Notes under the pieces: generated by a model
What the model was told of the DNA's origin: nothing
What the model saw: only the letters and a program-made list of their open reading frames with translations
Database searches by the model: none
Source: an uncultured Rhizobacter sp.
GTDB taxonomy: Bacteria > Pseudomonadota > Gammaproteobacteria > Burkholderiales > Burkholderiaceae_C
DNA length: 64,000 bases
Reading direction: 5' to 3'
NCBI GenBank assembly: GCA_964242145.1
Contig: CAXTCD010000002.1
Coordinates: 3,770-67,769 of the forward strand
Part shown: positions 9,577 through 19,609 of the stretch, in pieces
Position numbering within the stretch: position 1 is the first letter of the stretch
Layout: every line of letters begins with the position of its first letter
Position numbers and translations under genes: made by a program

Positions 9577-10463
9577 GCTTCGAATTGGTAGAGGCGCGCC
9601 GGGTTGCCCGACAGCACTTTGTTGCGCGCATTCGCGTCGGGAATCCAGTCACCCAGCAGGTTCAGCAAGTCGCCGGTGTCTTTGTCGCCACGCGGAATGT
9701 GCGGCCAGTCGCTGCCCCAGACGGTGCGATCGCCGAGCTCGGCAACGATGGTCTCGGCCAAGGGGCGCAGCCGCGCGAAGTTGCCGTCCTTGGCGAGCCT
9801 GTACGGCGCGGACAGCTTGAGCCAGCCACGCCCGTCGCGCGCGGCGGTTACGAGGCGGTCGAAGTCGGCGCGGGTCAGGCCGTCCGACTCCAGCATGTAG
9901 CCCATGTGGTCGATCACGAAGTCGAAATCGAAATCTTTCATGAACGGAATCAGATCCCGCACCACATAGCCCGGCGTATAGAACTGCACGTGCCAGCCTA
10001 GGCGGCGAATGCGCTGCGCGCTTTTGCGGATGTAGTCGACGACCGAAGCAATTGGCCAACTGGCGCGCAGGAACAGGTCGAGCCGCACCGCGCGTACGCC
10101 TTGCTCATGCATGGCATCCAGCTCGCGGTCGGTGATCGTGTCTTCGATCATCACCACACCGCGCGCGATGTCCTGGCCGAGCGTGTCCAGCGCGTCCAGC
10201 AGGCAGCGGTTGTCGGTCGCGTAGTAGCTGGGCTGAACGATCGCGAAACGCTCCAGACCCATCGCAGCCGTCATCGCCAGCAGCTTCGGTGGCTCGCCGT
10301 CGGGCAGTGTGTAGTGCGGTGTGGCCACGCTAGGGTAGCGGCTCGCGGGGCCAAACACATGGACATGGGCGTCGCAGGCGCCGGGAGGCATCGCGAAGGC
10401 GGGTGGCGTGAGGCTGCTGGCGGCGCGGGTGGGCACCGATTCGAGAGGGGCGGCTTGGCTCAT
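9573..10463 (-). CDS. Amidohydrolase, LigI/PDC-hydrolase-like lactonase family
   Basis: CDAHVHVFGP, VQPSYY, ARGV, IDHMG and WGSDWPH motifs, parallel to those of the LigI at 22992. Confidence 0.85.
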   Translation of the reverse strand: MSQAAPLESVPTRAASSLTPPAFAMPPGACDAHVHVFGPASRYPSVATPHYTLPDGEPPKLLAMTAAMGLERFAIVQPSYYATDNRCLLDALDTLGQDIARGVVMIEDTITDRELDAMHEQGVRAVRLDLFLRASWPIASVVDYIRKSAQRIRRLGWHVQFYTPGYVVRDLIPFMKDFDFDFVIDHMGYMLESDGLTRADFDRLVTAARDGRGWLKLSAPYRLAKDGNFARLRPLAETIVAELGDRTVWGSDWPHIPRGDKDTGDLLNLLGDWIPDANARNKVLSGNPARLYQFEA

Positions 10464-11287
10464 GAGTTGTTAGCGATGGATTGAAGTGCGTTGCGAACGC
10501 GCTCGTGGGCTGCTGACAGCATCATTTCGGTGTCAATGCCCGTCATCAGGAACGGGGCGCCACCCAGGCGCAGAATTTCAAGGTTGTAGGCCGCGTCAGA
10601 GACGCCACCGATAGCCAGAGGCTTGCCGAGTGCGGCGCACACGCGCAGCGCATGGGCATGGGCCTCGCGCACCAGTGGATGGCTGGTCTGGCCGGGCACG
10701 CCGAGTTCGGCGCTGAGGTCGTTGGTGCCGACGCCGATGATGTCGATGCCCGGCAGCGAAGCGATCTGATGCAAGTTGTCGAGACCCAACTGGGTTTCGA
10801 TCAGCACCTTCACGATGGTCCCGCGGTTGGAGATTTCGTTCAACGCGGCGGCCGGCAGGCGCTGGTAGCGAACGGCCGGCAGCTGTGCAATCGCCGACCG
10901 GTGCCCGAGCGGTGGAAAGCGGCAAGCCGCCACCACATCGGCGGCTTGCGCAGCGGTGTCGATGCGCGGAGCAATGATGCCCATCGCCCCGCCATCCAGC
11001 AGCCGCCCGATTGCCCCGTATTCGCGCTCCGGTACGCGCACCAGCGGCGTCAGGCCGATGTCGATGGCCGCACTGCAGATCTGCGACGCCACCTCGATCG
11101 AGATGCTGCTGTGCTCCAGGTCGACCCAGATCACATCGTGGCCGCTGGCCTTGGCCAGACGGGCAATTTCAGCGGTGCGGGCAGAGCGCACGCCAAGCGC
11201 GGTGACCGGCTCTTTGCGGCGCAACCGTGCCACCACAGAAGCCGCGATGTCGGCGGGTTCGCTTCGAGGCTGCGTCTCGGTGTTCAT
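10460..11287 (-). CDS. HpcH/HpaI class II aldolase
   Basis: WVDLEHS, LVRVP, LIET and GTNDLS motifs of the HpcH/HpaI aldolase/citrate lyase family. Confidence 0.88.
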   Translation of the reverse strand: MNTETQPRSEPADIAASVVARLRRKEPVTALGVRSARTAEIARLAKASGHDVIWVDLEHSSISIEVASQICSAAIDIGLTPLVRVPEREYGAIGRLLDGGAMGIIAPRIDTAAQAADVVAACRFPPLGHRSAIAQLPAVRYQRLPAAALNEISNRGTIVKVLIETQLGLDNLHQIASLPGIDIIGVGTNDLSAELGVPGQTSHPLVREAHAHALRVCAALGKPLAIGGVSDAAYNLEILRLGGAPFLMTGIDTEMMLSAAHERVRNALQSIANNS

Positions 11288-11294
11288 GCTGTGG

Positions 11295-12269
11295 TCAGTT
11301 GAGAGTGATGTTCTTTGCCTTGATCAGACGGCCCAGCGACTCGGTCTCGGCGTCGTCAGTCTTCTGCATTTGTTCCGGTGAGACGGTGATCGCGTCAGAA
11401 CCGGCGTCAGCAATCGCCTTTGCAACAGCGGTCGTCTTGGTGGCCGCGTTGAGTGCCGCATTGATGCGGGTCACGATGGCCGCAGGCGTGCCCTTCGGCG
11501 CGTAGACACCGACCGAGGTGTAGATCTCCAGGCCGGGCACAGTTTCGGCAAGCGTTGGCACGTCCGGCAAGGCCGCGCTGCGCTTGCCACCGGTATAAGC
11601 CAGCGCCTTAATGCGGCCGGTCTTGATGTTAGGCAGCGCTGAGACCGGCGGCTCGAAGCCGATGGCCACCTGACCACTGATCACGTCGGGCATCGCGCTT
11701 TGCTTATAGGGAATCTGCACCAGCCGGATGTTTGTCGCGTCCTGCAACTGCTCCATGCCCAGGTGGGCTGTGCTGCCGGCACCATAGGACGCATACATCA
11801 CCGATTCGGCCTTCTGCTTGGACAGCGCGATCACATCCTTGATCGACTTGGCCGGAAAGTCGGCATTGGCCACGATGAACGAGCCCCCGCGATACAACTG
11901 CGCCACCGGCATCAGGTCTTTGCGCGGGTCATAGGGCAGCTTTGAAAACAGGTGCGGCGCGGCCGTCACCGGCAGGCTGGTGGTCAGCAAAAAGGTATAG
12001 CCGTCAGGTGGCGACTTGGCGACGGCATCGGTCCCGATGGTGCCGGCCGCGCCCGGCTTGTTCTCGACGATTACCGTGACGCCGAGCGCCTTGCCCAGAT
12101 TTTCGGCATACAAGCGGGCGAACGAATCAGCGCCGACGCCGGCGGGCGAAGGCGTGACGAAGCGAATCGTTCGTGAAGGCCAAACCTCTTGTGCAGAGGC
12201 AGGGAAAGCCGCCGCCGCGATGGCGACGGCAGAGAACATCAGGCCCAGAAAGGGTTTGAAACGGCGCAT
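11295..12269 (-). CDS. Bug/TctC tripartite tricarboxylate transporter binding protein
   Basis: Signal peptide, WPSRTIRFVTPSPAG, VENKPGAAG, PPDGYTFL and DVPTLAE. Start re-assigned to MRRFKPF at 12269. Confidence 0.92.
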   Translation of the reverse strand: MRRFKPFLGLMFSAVAIAAAAFPASAQEVWPSRTIRFVTPSPAGVGADSFARLYAENLGKALGVTVIVENKPGAAGTIGTDAVAKSPPDGYTFLLTTSLPVTAAPHLFSKLPYDPRKDLMPVAQLYRGGSFIVANADFPAKSIKDVIALSKQKAESVMYASYGAGSTAHLGMEQLQDATNIRLVQIPYKQSAMPDVISGQVAIGFEPPVSALPNIKTGRIKALAYTGGKRSAALPDVPTLAETVPGLEIYTSVGVYAPKGTPAAIVTRINAALNAATKTTAVAKAIADAGSDAITVSPEQMQKTDDAETESLGRLIKAKNITLN

Positions 12270-12411
12270 GGAGTCTTCCTCAGGTGATCGAGTCGGTTTT
12301 GTCACTTCCGATCGAGTGGCTTCGACGTCCACTCGGATCTGCTCAACCGATCGGCGACCTGATGCCGTCTTCGATGGGTCGAAGTTGCATCCTAGGTTCG
12401 CGGACTCATAC

Positions 12412-12430
12412 CTGGAAATACTATTTCCAG
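12412..12430. promoter_or_regulatory. Perfect 19-bp palindrome CTGGAAATA-C-TATTTCCAG, putative operator
   Basis: Perfect dyad in the AT-rich region about 140 bp upstream of the Bug operon. Confidence 0.6.
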
Positions 12431-12535
12431 CGCTCTTTGAATATTTAAAACGTATTTAAGGTCAAATACGGAGGCTTTTCAGCCATTCCTCGTCAATGGG
12501 CGCGATCAGCGCCCGACATCACGCACGAGGCGTGA

Positions 12536-13693
12536 TCAATACATCAATTTGCCTTCGGCGGTGATCACACCAATGTCGACAAAACGGCTGCCCACATTGC
12601 CGTGTGTGAAGTCGACGCTGAAGCCTGCCAGGTCGATCGGCTCAGCGTGCAACGCCGCCGACAGCGCTGTTGGCGTCGACGCACGGGCGCGGCGCAGCCC
12701 TTCAGTCAATACGCGAGCGGTGATGAAGCCCTCGAATTGCAATGGAGTGAGGTCTTTGATGTCGGGGAAGGTTTGCCGCATCGCTGTCTGGAATTCACGT
12801 TGAAGCGGGGTGTTGAGGCCCATCGGGTTCGGGTAGCTCTGCGTCACCGCAATACCGCGCGTCCGCGTGCCAACGACCTGCATCAGCTGCGAAGTCGGTA
12901 CATCCGAGGTCACATAGATGTGCTGATTGGCCCCGGCAGTTCTCAACGCATTGACGCCTGCCACGATGAACGATGGCGCGCCCAGCACCAACGTGCATTG
13001 CGGCTCGCCGGCCATCGCCAGGCGGGCCGCCTTTTGCAGATCGGCCGGATCGGCACCGGACTGCACTGCCGAGACCGTCATGCCGGGGAGCGTCTTGGCG
13101 ACCGCAGCAGCCACCGCGGCACCCGACTGGCCGACCGGCGCGTCGTGATGAAGGATCGAAATGCGGGTGATACCCAACGTCGCTGCATGCTGAACGAGGC
13201 GTGAAATCTCCTGCCGATCGCCCGCGCGAAGGTGAAACAGCTTCGGGTGACCCGGATCCCGCAGCGCCTGCGCACCCGGAATGGCGTTCAGCACGATCAC
13301 GTCATAGGCGTCGAGAAGTTTTTCCTCAAGCACCTTCTTCATCATCGTCGAGCCGATCGGCGATAAGACTGCGATCGGCCTGAGCTGCATCGCTTCGCGA
13401 AGCCGCGTACCGAAGACCGCCGGATCTCGTTGGTCATCGAACAATACAAGACGAATCGTTGAGGCGCGAACGCCACCGCGCTTATTGAACTGGGCCAGAT
13501 GCGCGCGGATACCTTCGTTGACTTCGCGAGCATCGCCGGCGGCAGGGCCGGTCATCGGGCCGATTTGCACGGCGATCAACTCATCGGCCTGCGCCAGTCC
13601 AAATGAGAACAACAGAACGCTAAGCCAACTCAAAAAAACCAAACGTTGTCGGAGACGGCCCCGTAGGAAATTCTTTGATGATTCAAAAAGCAT
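12536..13693 (-). CDS. Type I periplasmic (LIV-like) ABC substrate-binding protein
   Basis: Signal/TM N-terminus, IGPMTGPAAG, DDQRDP, LFHLRAGDRQE and FEGFITARVLTEGLRRA. No permease or ATPase adjacent. Start approximate. Confidence 0.82.
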   Translation of the reverse strand: MLFESSKNFLRGRLRQRLVFLSWLSVLLFSFGLAQADELIAVQIGPMTGPAAGDAREVNEGIRAHLAQFNKRGGVRASTIRLVLFDDQRDPAVFGTRLREAMQLRPIAVLSPIGSTMMKKVLEEKLLDAYDVIVLNAIPGAQALRDPGHPKLFHLRAGDRQEISRLVQHAATLGITRISILHHDAPVGQSGAAVAAAVAKTLPGMTVSAVQSGADPADLQKAARLAMAGEPQCTLVLGAPSFIVAGVNALRTAGANQHIYVTSDVPTSQLMQVVGTRTRGIAVTQSYPNPMGLNTPLQREFQTAMRQTFPDIKDLTPLQFEGFITARVLTEGLRRARASTPTALSAALHAEPIDLAGFSVDFTHGNVGSRFVDIGVITAEGKLMY

Positions 13694-14067
13694 GATGCGT
13701 GTTCAATTCCTACAAAAGCGACCATCCGCTGCGATCGATTTAGGAGGGCCTATAACGCCAGATCTCACTGAAGTGCGCATTTTTGTGACGAGCACCGCCC
13801 CATACCCCAAGCCACTTCACGCTTCAAACAACCCAGCCCAAGGAAATAACGGGCGTACGGATGATGGATCCACAACGCGAAAACCAGCTTCCATCGCCTC
13901 GCGGCGCAGAGTGGCAAGGTCGCGTTCACGCAACTCCGGTTGCCATGGCATAGAGGCGGCTTAGCCTGCGCTCCGGGTCGTCGTGAGCCGCCTCGGCGGC
14001 CATCCACAATAAGCACGCGGGCCACGAGACTGCACAAGGCAGCCGCGTGGCCCGGCGATCCGATCAA

Positions 14068-15123
14068 TTAAAAGTTGTGGGACAAACCGATTTGCAGCCC
14101 GCTGACCGAGGCGCCCGGCGTGCTGTCCGGAGACGCGTCACCGGTGACGTAAACCGCATTGCCCTTGTTGTTGATCTTCGAATACGTACCGTACAAGGCG
14201 GTCCGCTTGCTCAGCGCATGAACGTAGCCCACGCCCAGCTGCGTGGAATCATCACCATCCAGGCCGGTGCCGGAACGGTCAGCACGAGCAATGGAGAACT
14301 TGAAGGTGCCCTGCGGCCCAACCGGCGCGGTCAAGCCGAGCAGGTAGTTCTTCTGCTCGTCGTTCTCGGCGCGCTGGTCGAAGTAATAGCCCATCAAGCG
14401 CACCAGGCCGAAGTTATACGAAGCGCCGACATTGAAGAACTTCACGTCGTCGTTGGCGACCTTCGTCTCGCCATAGGCCACCGCCACGTCCACCGGGCCT
14501 TCGGCATAGCCGGCGCGAGCGCCAACGAAACGCGTGCCGTCGACGCCTTCAGGCAGAGCTGCCAACGCCTGGCCATAGAAGCCGCCCAAATTCTTTGGCA
14601 GGAAGTAGCCAATCGAATTGCTGGTGCGCACGAAGGTCCGCGCGCCGCCTACGCCGAATGGATAGCCTTCAATAATGTTGGCCGAACCCGCCACGCCCAC
14701 CGTGCCGAAGGGCGCAAACTGCGAGACGTTCCAGAAGACCGGCGTGTAATCGCGGCCCAGCCGCAACTCACCGAGCGTCGCGGACGACAGACTCACGGTG
14801 GAACGGCGATGCCACGCCACGCCTTGCTGCGCACCGGTGTCGGCCAGGATGGCTGACTCAATCCAGAAACTTGCGGCCAGACCGCCGCCGAGGTCTTCAG
14901 TACCGCGGAAGCCGAGCCGGCTCGGGAAAATATTGCCGCCCTGATCCAGCGCGGTGCGCGACTCGCCGCCAGCTTTGGAGTAAGTCACGTTCAAGTCGAT
15001 CGTTCCGAAGATCTGGACATTGGATTGCGCAAAGGCGCTGGAGGTGCCGGTCATCGACAAGATCCCGGCGATGGCCAAAGCCAGCGGGGCTGCGATGCGA
15101 ACAGTGTGAAATGAACTTTTCAA
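14068..15123 (-). CDS. Betaproteobacterial general diffusion porin
   Basis: AFAQSNVQIFGTID, SRLGFRGTEDLGGGL, LSKRTALY and C-terminal HNF; TTG start. Confidence 0.93.
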   Translation of the reverse strand: MKSSFHTVRIAAPLALAIAGILSMTGTSSAFAQSNVQIFGTIDLNVTYSKAGGESRTALDQGGNIFPSRLGFRGTEDLGGGLAASFWIESAILADTGAQQGVAWHRRSTVSLSSATLGELRLGRDYTPVFWNVSQFAPFGTVGVAGSANIIEGYPFGVGGARTFVRTSNSIGYFLPKNLGGFYGQALAALPEGVDGTRFVGARAGYAEGPVDVAVAYGETKVANDDVKFFNVGASYNFGLVRLMGYYFDQRAENDEQKNYLLGLTAPVGPQGTFKFSIARADRSGTGLDGDDSTQLGVGYVHALSKRTALYGTYSKINNKGNAVYVTGDASPDSTPGASVSGLQIGLSHNF

Positions 15124-15315
15124 GGTGGCTCCGGTGATGACGTGAAGAGATCGTAGGGAGCGGATTGTTCTGGCTACAAATACATCTTTAAAGCTTCAAT
15201 ATATATTTTTTTGGTATGACCACCCCCTGACGCCCGGTGGACAGGCGCGAAAACAGTGAGATCGGACCCACCATGACAGGGGTTAATCCCAAGGGTTTTG
15301 TCACACGTTGACGCC

Positions 15316-16239
15316 TTATTGCGACAGCTTGGTGCCTCCGAAGGCGTCCGCAATCAAAGAACGAAGCCATCGATTACCAACATCGTCGTTGGCACGCCGG
15401 TGCCAGAAAGTGCAAGTGCGCAAAACAGGCAAACGCAATGGCGGCTTGGCGCAGACCAGGCCCAAGGGCTCGGCGAATTGCGGCACCAGGCGGTCGGGCA
15501 CCGTGACGACGCAATCCGACGCCGCGACGATGAACGGCGCTGTCAAGAAACTGGCCACCTGATCGTGCCCAGCTCGCAACACGCCGGCCTTTTCCATTCG
15601 CCGCTGGATTTCCGCGTAGGGGCCGACCGCATCGGCTACAAAAAGATGCCTGGCTGCACGAAATTCAGCTAACGACGTCGGCGGGCGGCGTGCAAAGGGG
15701 TGCGACGCGCGAAACAGGCTCACGCACTGCTGGCGAAACAGCAACTGGCGGAACAGACCCTCGGGCATGTCTTCAAACGGCGCCACCGCCAGATCGATGC
15801 TGCCGTCGTGCAAGGCTTCGCGCAGTGCCGCGCCGTTGGAGCGCACTGCACTCAAGCGAACACCCGGTGCGATCTCGGCGCAGAGCGCGATCAAGCTCGG
15901 CATGAAGTGGACTTCGCCGACATCGGTCATCGCAACGCTGAAGTGCCGATCGCTGGTCGCGGGATCGAATGCGTCTTGCTGATGAATGCTGTTCTGGATC
16001 AGCGCCAGCGCCGCAGCGATCGGCTCGGAGAGCTGCAACGCCAGACGCGTGGGCTGCATCGAATGCCCCGCGCGCACGAACAGCTCGTCGTCAAAGGTTG
16101 CGCGCAGCCGCGTCAGCGCATTGCTCGCTGCTGGTTGTGACAGGCCGAGATTGCGCGCCGCCTGCGAGATCTGCCGCGTCGACATCACCTCCCGGAACAC
16201 GACCAGCAAGTTGAGATCGAGATCTCGCAGCGTCTTCAT
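15316..16239 (-). CDS. LysR regulator, NahR/DntR-like
   Basis: MKTLRDLDLNLLVVF HTH, FDPATSDRHFSVAMTDVGEVHFMP and FWHRR...GNRWLR; divergent from hmgA. Confidence 0.9.
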   Translation of the reverse strand: MKTLRDLDLNLLVVFREVMSTRQISQAARNLGLSQPAASNALTRLRATFDDELFVRAGHSMQPTRLALQLSEPIAAALALIQNSIHQQDAFDPATSDRHFSVAMTDVGEVHFMPSLIALCAEIAPGVRLSAVRSNGAALREALHDGSIDLAVAPFEDMPEGLFRQLLFRQQCVSLFRASHPFARRPPTSLAEFRAARHLFVADAVGPYAEIQRRMEKAGVLRAGHDQVASFLTAPFIVAASDCVVTVPDRLVPQFAEPLGLVCAKPPLRLPVLRTCTFWHRRANDDVGNRWLRSLIADAFGGTKLSQ

Positions 16240-16254
16240 CGGCAGGCCACCTCT

Positions 16255-16269
16255 ATTCATAATGTGAAT
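16255..16269. promoter_or_regulatory. LysR box ATTCA-N5-TGAAT between lysR and hmgA
   Basis: ATTCATAATGTGAAT contains a T-N11-A dyad in the divergent promoter. Confidence 0.6.
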
Positions 16270-16355
16270 GGCGTGTATTTTGGCCTGCCGCTTGTCTTGA
16301 TAGATCATTCCGCCAAGAATTGATTCCTTCCCCTTCCAGGATCAAGGAGCCCGCC

Positions 16356-17672
16356 ATGGAAAGCCCTCCCTCGCACGGCCTGCGCTACCTGACCGGTTTT
16401 GCCAATGAATGGGCGACCGAGGCCTTGCCCAGCGCACTGCCCGCCTCGCAAAACTCGCCGCAGCAATGCGCCTATGGCCTCTATGCCGAGCAGATCTCCG
16501 GCACCGCCTTCACGGCACCACGGCATCGCAACCGCCGCTCCTGGCTTTACCGCATTCGCCCGGCGGCTGCGCACCGGCCGTTCGAGCGCATCGACAACGG
16601 TCGCTTCACCAACGACTACGGCACCCAGCCCACCACGCCCAACCAGCTGCGCTGGGACCCGATGCCGCTGCCCGCCGCCGATGCACCGACCGACTTCATC
16701 GATGGCCTGTTCAGCATGGCCGGCAATGGCGACCCGCTCGCGCAGTCGGGCGCCGGCATTCACATGTATGCCGCCAACCGCTCGATGACGCGCTTCTTCT
16801 GCAATGCCGATGGCGAGCTGCTGATCGTTCCGCAGCAAGGCCGGCTGCGCTTGGCTACCGAGTTAGGTTTGTTGGATGTAGAGCCGCAGGAGTTCGCCGT
16901 TATTCCGCGCGGCATTCGTTTTCGGGTTGAACTGCTGGACGGAGCCGCACGCGGCTACATCTGCGAGAACTTCGGTGCGCCCTTCCAGCTGCCCGACCTC
17001 GGTGTGATCGGCTCCAACGGCCTGGCCAACCCGCGCGACTTTCAAACGCCTGAAGCCTGGTTCGAAGACATCGACGGCGAGTTCGATCTGGTCACCAAAT
17101 TCGGTGGCAACCTGTGGCGCGCCAAACTCGACCATTCCCCGTTGGACGTTGTGGCTTGGCACGGCAACTACGCGCCCTACAAATATGACCTGCGCCGCTT
17201 CAACACCATCGGTTCGATCAGCCACGACCACCCGGACCCGTCCATCTTCCTGGTATTGCAATCACCGTCCGACACACCCGGCGTCGACACCATCGATTTC
17301 GTCGTCTTCCCGCCGCGCTGGCTGGTCGCCGAAAACACCTTCCGCCCGCCTTGGTTCCATCGCAACGTCGCCAGCGAATTCATGGGCCTGATCCACGGCC
17401 ATTACGACGCCAAGGCCGAAGGCTTCGCGCCGGGCGGCGCGAGCCTGCACAACTGCATGAGCGGCCACGGCCCGGACGCCGCCACCGTTCGCAAGGCCAG
17501 CGCCGAAGACACACTGCAGCCGCGCAAGGTCGACGCGACGATGGCCTTCATGTTCGAGACCCGCCACGTGATCCGCCCAACGCCCGCCGCCCTCGCCGCC
17601 TCTCAGCTGCAAGCGAACTACTACCAGTGCTGGCTGGACGTCGAGAAACAATTCCATCCGGAGCACCCATGA
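16356..17672 (+). CDS. hmgA: Homogentisate 1,2-dioxygenase
   Basis: [53 protein letters not shown] and [12 protein letters not shown] motifs; AAGGAG RBS before ATG 16356. Confidence 0.96.
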   Translation: MESPPSHGLRYLTGFANEWATEALPSALPASQNSPQQCAYGLYAEQISGTAFTAPRHRNRRSWLYRIRPAAAHRPFERIDNGRFTNDYGTQPTTPNQLRWDPMPLPAADAPTDFIDGLFSMAGNGDPLAQSGAGIHMYAANRSMTRFFCNADGELLIVPQQGRLRLATELGLLDVEPQEFAVIPRGIRFRVELLDGAARGYICENFGAPFQLPDLGVIGSNGLANPRDFQTPEAWFEDIDGEFDLVTKFGGNLWRAKLDHSPLDVVAWHGNYAPYKYDLRRFNTIGSISHDHPDPSIFLVLQSPSDTPGVDTIDFVVFPPRWLVAENTFRPPWFHRNVASEFMGLIHGHYDAKAEGFAPGGASLHNCMSGHGPDAATVRKASAEDTLQPRKVDATMAFMFETRHVIRPTPAALAASQLQANYYQCWLDVEKQFHPEHP

Positions 17673-18961
17673 CCTCGCAGATCAACGCACCACACCACGC
17701 CACGCTCAATGAAACCCACGACGCCTCGCTGACCAGCTGGCTCGCGTCGGCCAACAAGCCCGACCATCCGTTCCCGATCCAGAATCTGCCGTTTGGCCGC
17801 TTCCGGCTCGCGGCCAGCAGCTCGCCCTGGCGCATCGGCGTGGCCATTGGCGATGACATCCTGGACTTGCGCGCCAGTGGCTTGATCGCCACCGACGACA
17901 TCAATGTGTTGATGGCTTACCCGCAGCCTGAGCGTGCTGCCTTGCGCCGGGCGATCTCGCGCCTGCTGCGCACCGACAGCCCGCAACGCGACCAGGCTTC
18001 GCTGCTGGTACGCCAGGCCGATGCCGAACTCACCGTGCCTTGCCGCATCGGCGACTACACCGACTTCTACACCGGCATCCACCACGCCACCGCGGTAGGC
18101 CGGCTGTTCCGCCCCGATCAACCGTTGATGCCGAACTACAAATGGGTGCCGATCGGCTATCACGGCCGCTCGTCATCGATCGGCGTCAGCGGCCAGGCTT
18201 TCAAGCGTCCCCAAGGTCAAACAAAAGCGCCCGATGCCGAGACCCCGTCGTTCGGCCCCAGCAAGCGCATCGACCACGAGCTGGAACTGGCTTATTACGT
18301 CGGCCAGGGCAATGCATTGGGGCAGCCGATCGACATCACTAACGCCGAAGCACATTGGTTCGGTGTCGGCCTGCTGAACGACTGGTCGGCGCGTGACCTG
18401 CAAGCCTGGGAATACCAGCCGCTCGGCCCCTTTCTCGCGAAGAACTTTGCATCGACGGTCTCCCCGTGGATCGTCACCACCGAAGCGCTGGCGCCATTCC
18501 GTGCCCCCTTCGAGCGCCCTGCAGCCGACCCGGCGCCGTTGCCTTACCTCGACAGCCCCGCCAACCGCGCCGGCGGCGCGCTCGACATCCAACTCGAAGT
18601 GCTGATCCAGACGCCGCGCATGGCGCAAGCCGGCGAAACCCCGACCCGCCTCACGCGTGGCGGGTCGCGCGAAGCGGCTTACTGGACCGTCGCCCAACTG
18701 ATTGCGCACCACACCGTCAACGGCTGCAACCTTCAACCCGGCGACTTGCTGGGCTCCGGCACCTTGTCGGGCCCGCTGCCTGAACAGGCGGGCTCGATGC
18801 TGGAGCTGACACAAGGCGGCAAGCGCCCGATCACGCTGCCCAATGGTGAGACCCGCAGCTTTCTCGAAGACGGCGACACGCTGATCCTGCGCGGCTGGTG
18901 CGAGCGCCAGGGCGCGAAGCGCATCGGCCTCGGCGAAGTGCGAGGCACCGTGATCGGATGA
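17669..18961 (+). CDS. fahA: Fumarylacetoacetase
   Basis: [50 protein letters not shown] and GDLLGSGT; start overlaps the hmgA stop (ATGA). Confidence 0.96.
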   Translation: MTSQINAPHHATLNETHDASLTSWLASANKPDHPFPIQNLPFGRFRLAASSSPWRIGVAIGDDILDLRASGLIATDDINVLMAYPQPERAALRRAISRLLRTDSPQRDQASLLVRQADAELTVPCRIGDYTDFYTGIHHATAVGRLFRPDQPLMPNYKWVPIGYHGRSSSIGVSGQAFKRPQGQTKAPDAETPSFGPSKRIDHELELAYYVGQGNALGQPIDITNAEAHWFGVGLLNDWSARDLQAWEYQPLGPFLAKNFASTVSPWIVTTEALAPFRAPFERPAADPAPLPYLDSPANRAGGALDIQLEVLIQTPRMAQAGETPTRLTRGGSREAAYWTVAQLIAHHTVNGCNLQPGDLLGSGTLSGPLPEQAGSMLELTQGGKRPITLPNGETRSFLEDGDTLILRGWCERQGAKRIGLGEVRGTVIG

Positions 18962-19015
18962 CGTTAGGTCATCTGTCGAACCCGAGCGGCGGCGACGTGG
19001 CCTTGGTCGCTTCGC

Positions 19016-19492
19016 TCACAGCGGCAAGCCTGCCGCGCGCTTGACCGTGTCCAGCACAAAGCTCGACTTGCAGTCGCGCACGCTCGGGTGGCGCAGCAGC
19101 TTCTCGGAAATGAAGTTTGAGAAGTGCGCCATGTCGACGGCCACCACCCGCAGCAAAAAGTCCATCTCGCCCGTCAGCGACACGCATTCGATCACCTCCG
19201 GCCACGTTTCCACCGACACCCGGAACTGCTCCATCGGGCTGCTGCGCTGCGTGCTCTCGATGTGCTTTTCCAGCCGCACGTTGATGTAAGCCTGCAAGCC
19301 CATGCCGGCCTTCTTCGCATCGACCATCGCACGGTAGCTGACGATGACGCCGGACTCCTCAAGCCGCCTCACCCGGCGCAGCACGGTCGAAGGCGACAGC
19401 CCCAGCGCCAGCCCGAGCTCGTCGTAAGTCGCTCGGCCATGGTCTTGCAGTGCACGAAGCATGCGCTTGTCGATCTCATCCATCTCGTTCAT
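19016..19492 (-). CDS. Lrp/AsnC regulator divergent from hppD
   Basis: [44 protein letters not shown] and C-terminal [11 protein letters not shown]; start 19492 or 19483. Confidence 0.9.
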   Translation of the reverse strand: MNEMDEIDKRMLRALQDHGRATYDELGLALGLSPSTVLRRVRRLEESGVIVSYRAMVDAKKAGMGLQAYINVRLEKHIESTQRSSPMEQFRVSVETWPEVIECVSLTGEMDFLLRVVAVDMAHFSNFISEKLLRHPSVRDCKSSFVLDTVKRAAGLPL

Positions 19493-19609
19493 TGCAACCA
19501 CCTCTTGCCGTTGCAGGATTATTGCAAACAACCCGCTCTCACCGGCCCTCAATGCAGGAAGCCTGCGGCCCGCGCGGCCTACAGTTCCTGGCTTCAACTG
19601 GAGAGCGAC

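Noticed and set aside
13694-14067. Small ORFs or ncRNA between the SBP and porin genes
   Set aside because: No convincing RBS, coding signal or known RNA motif; only a GC hairpin (14018-14054) that may be the porin terminator.
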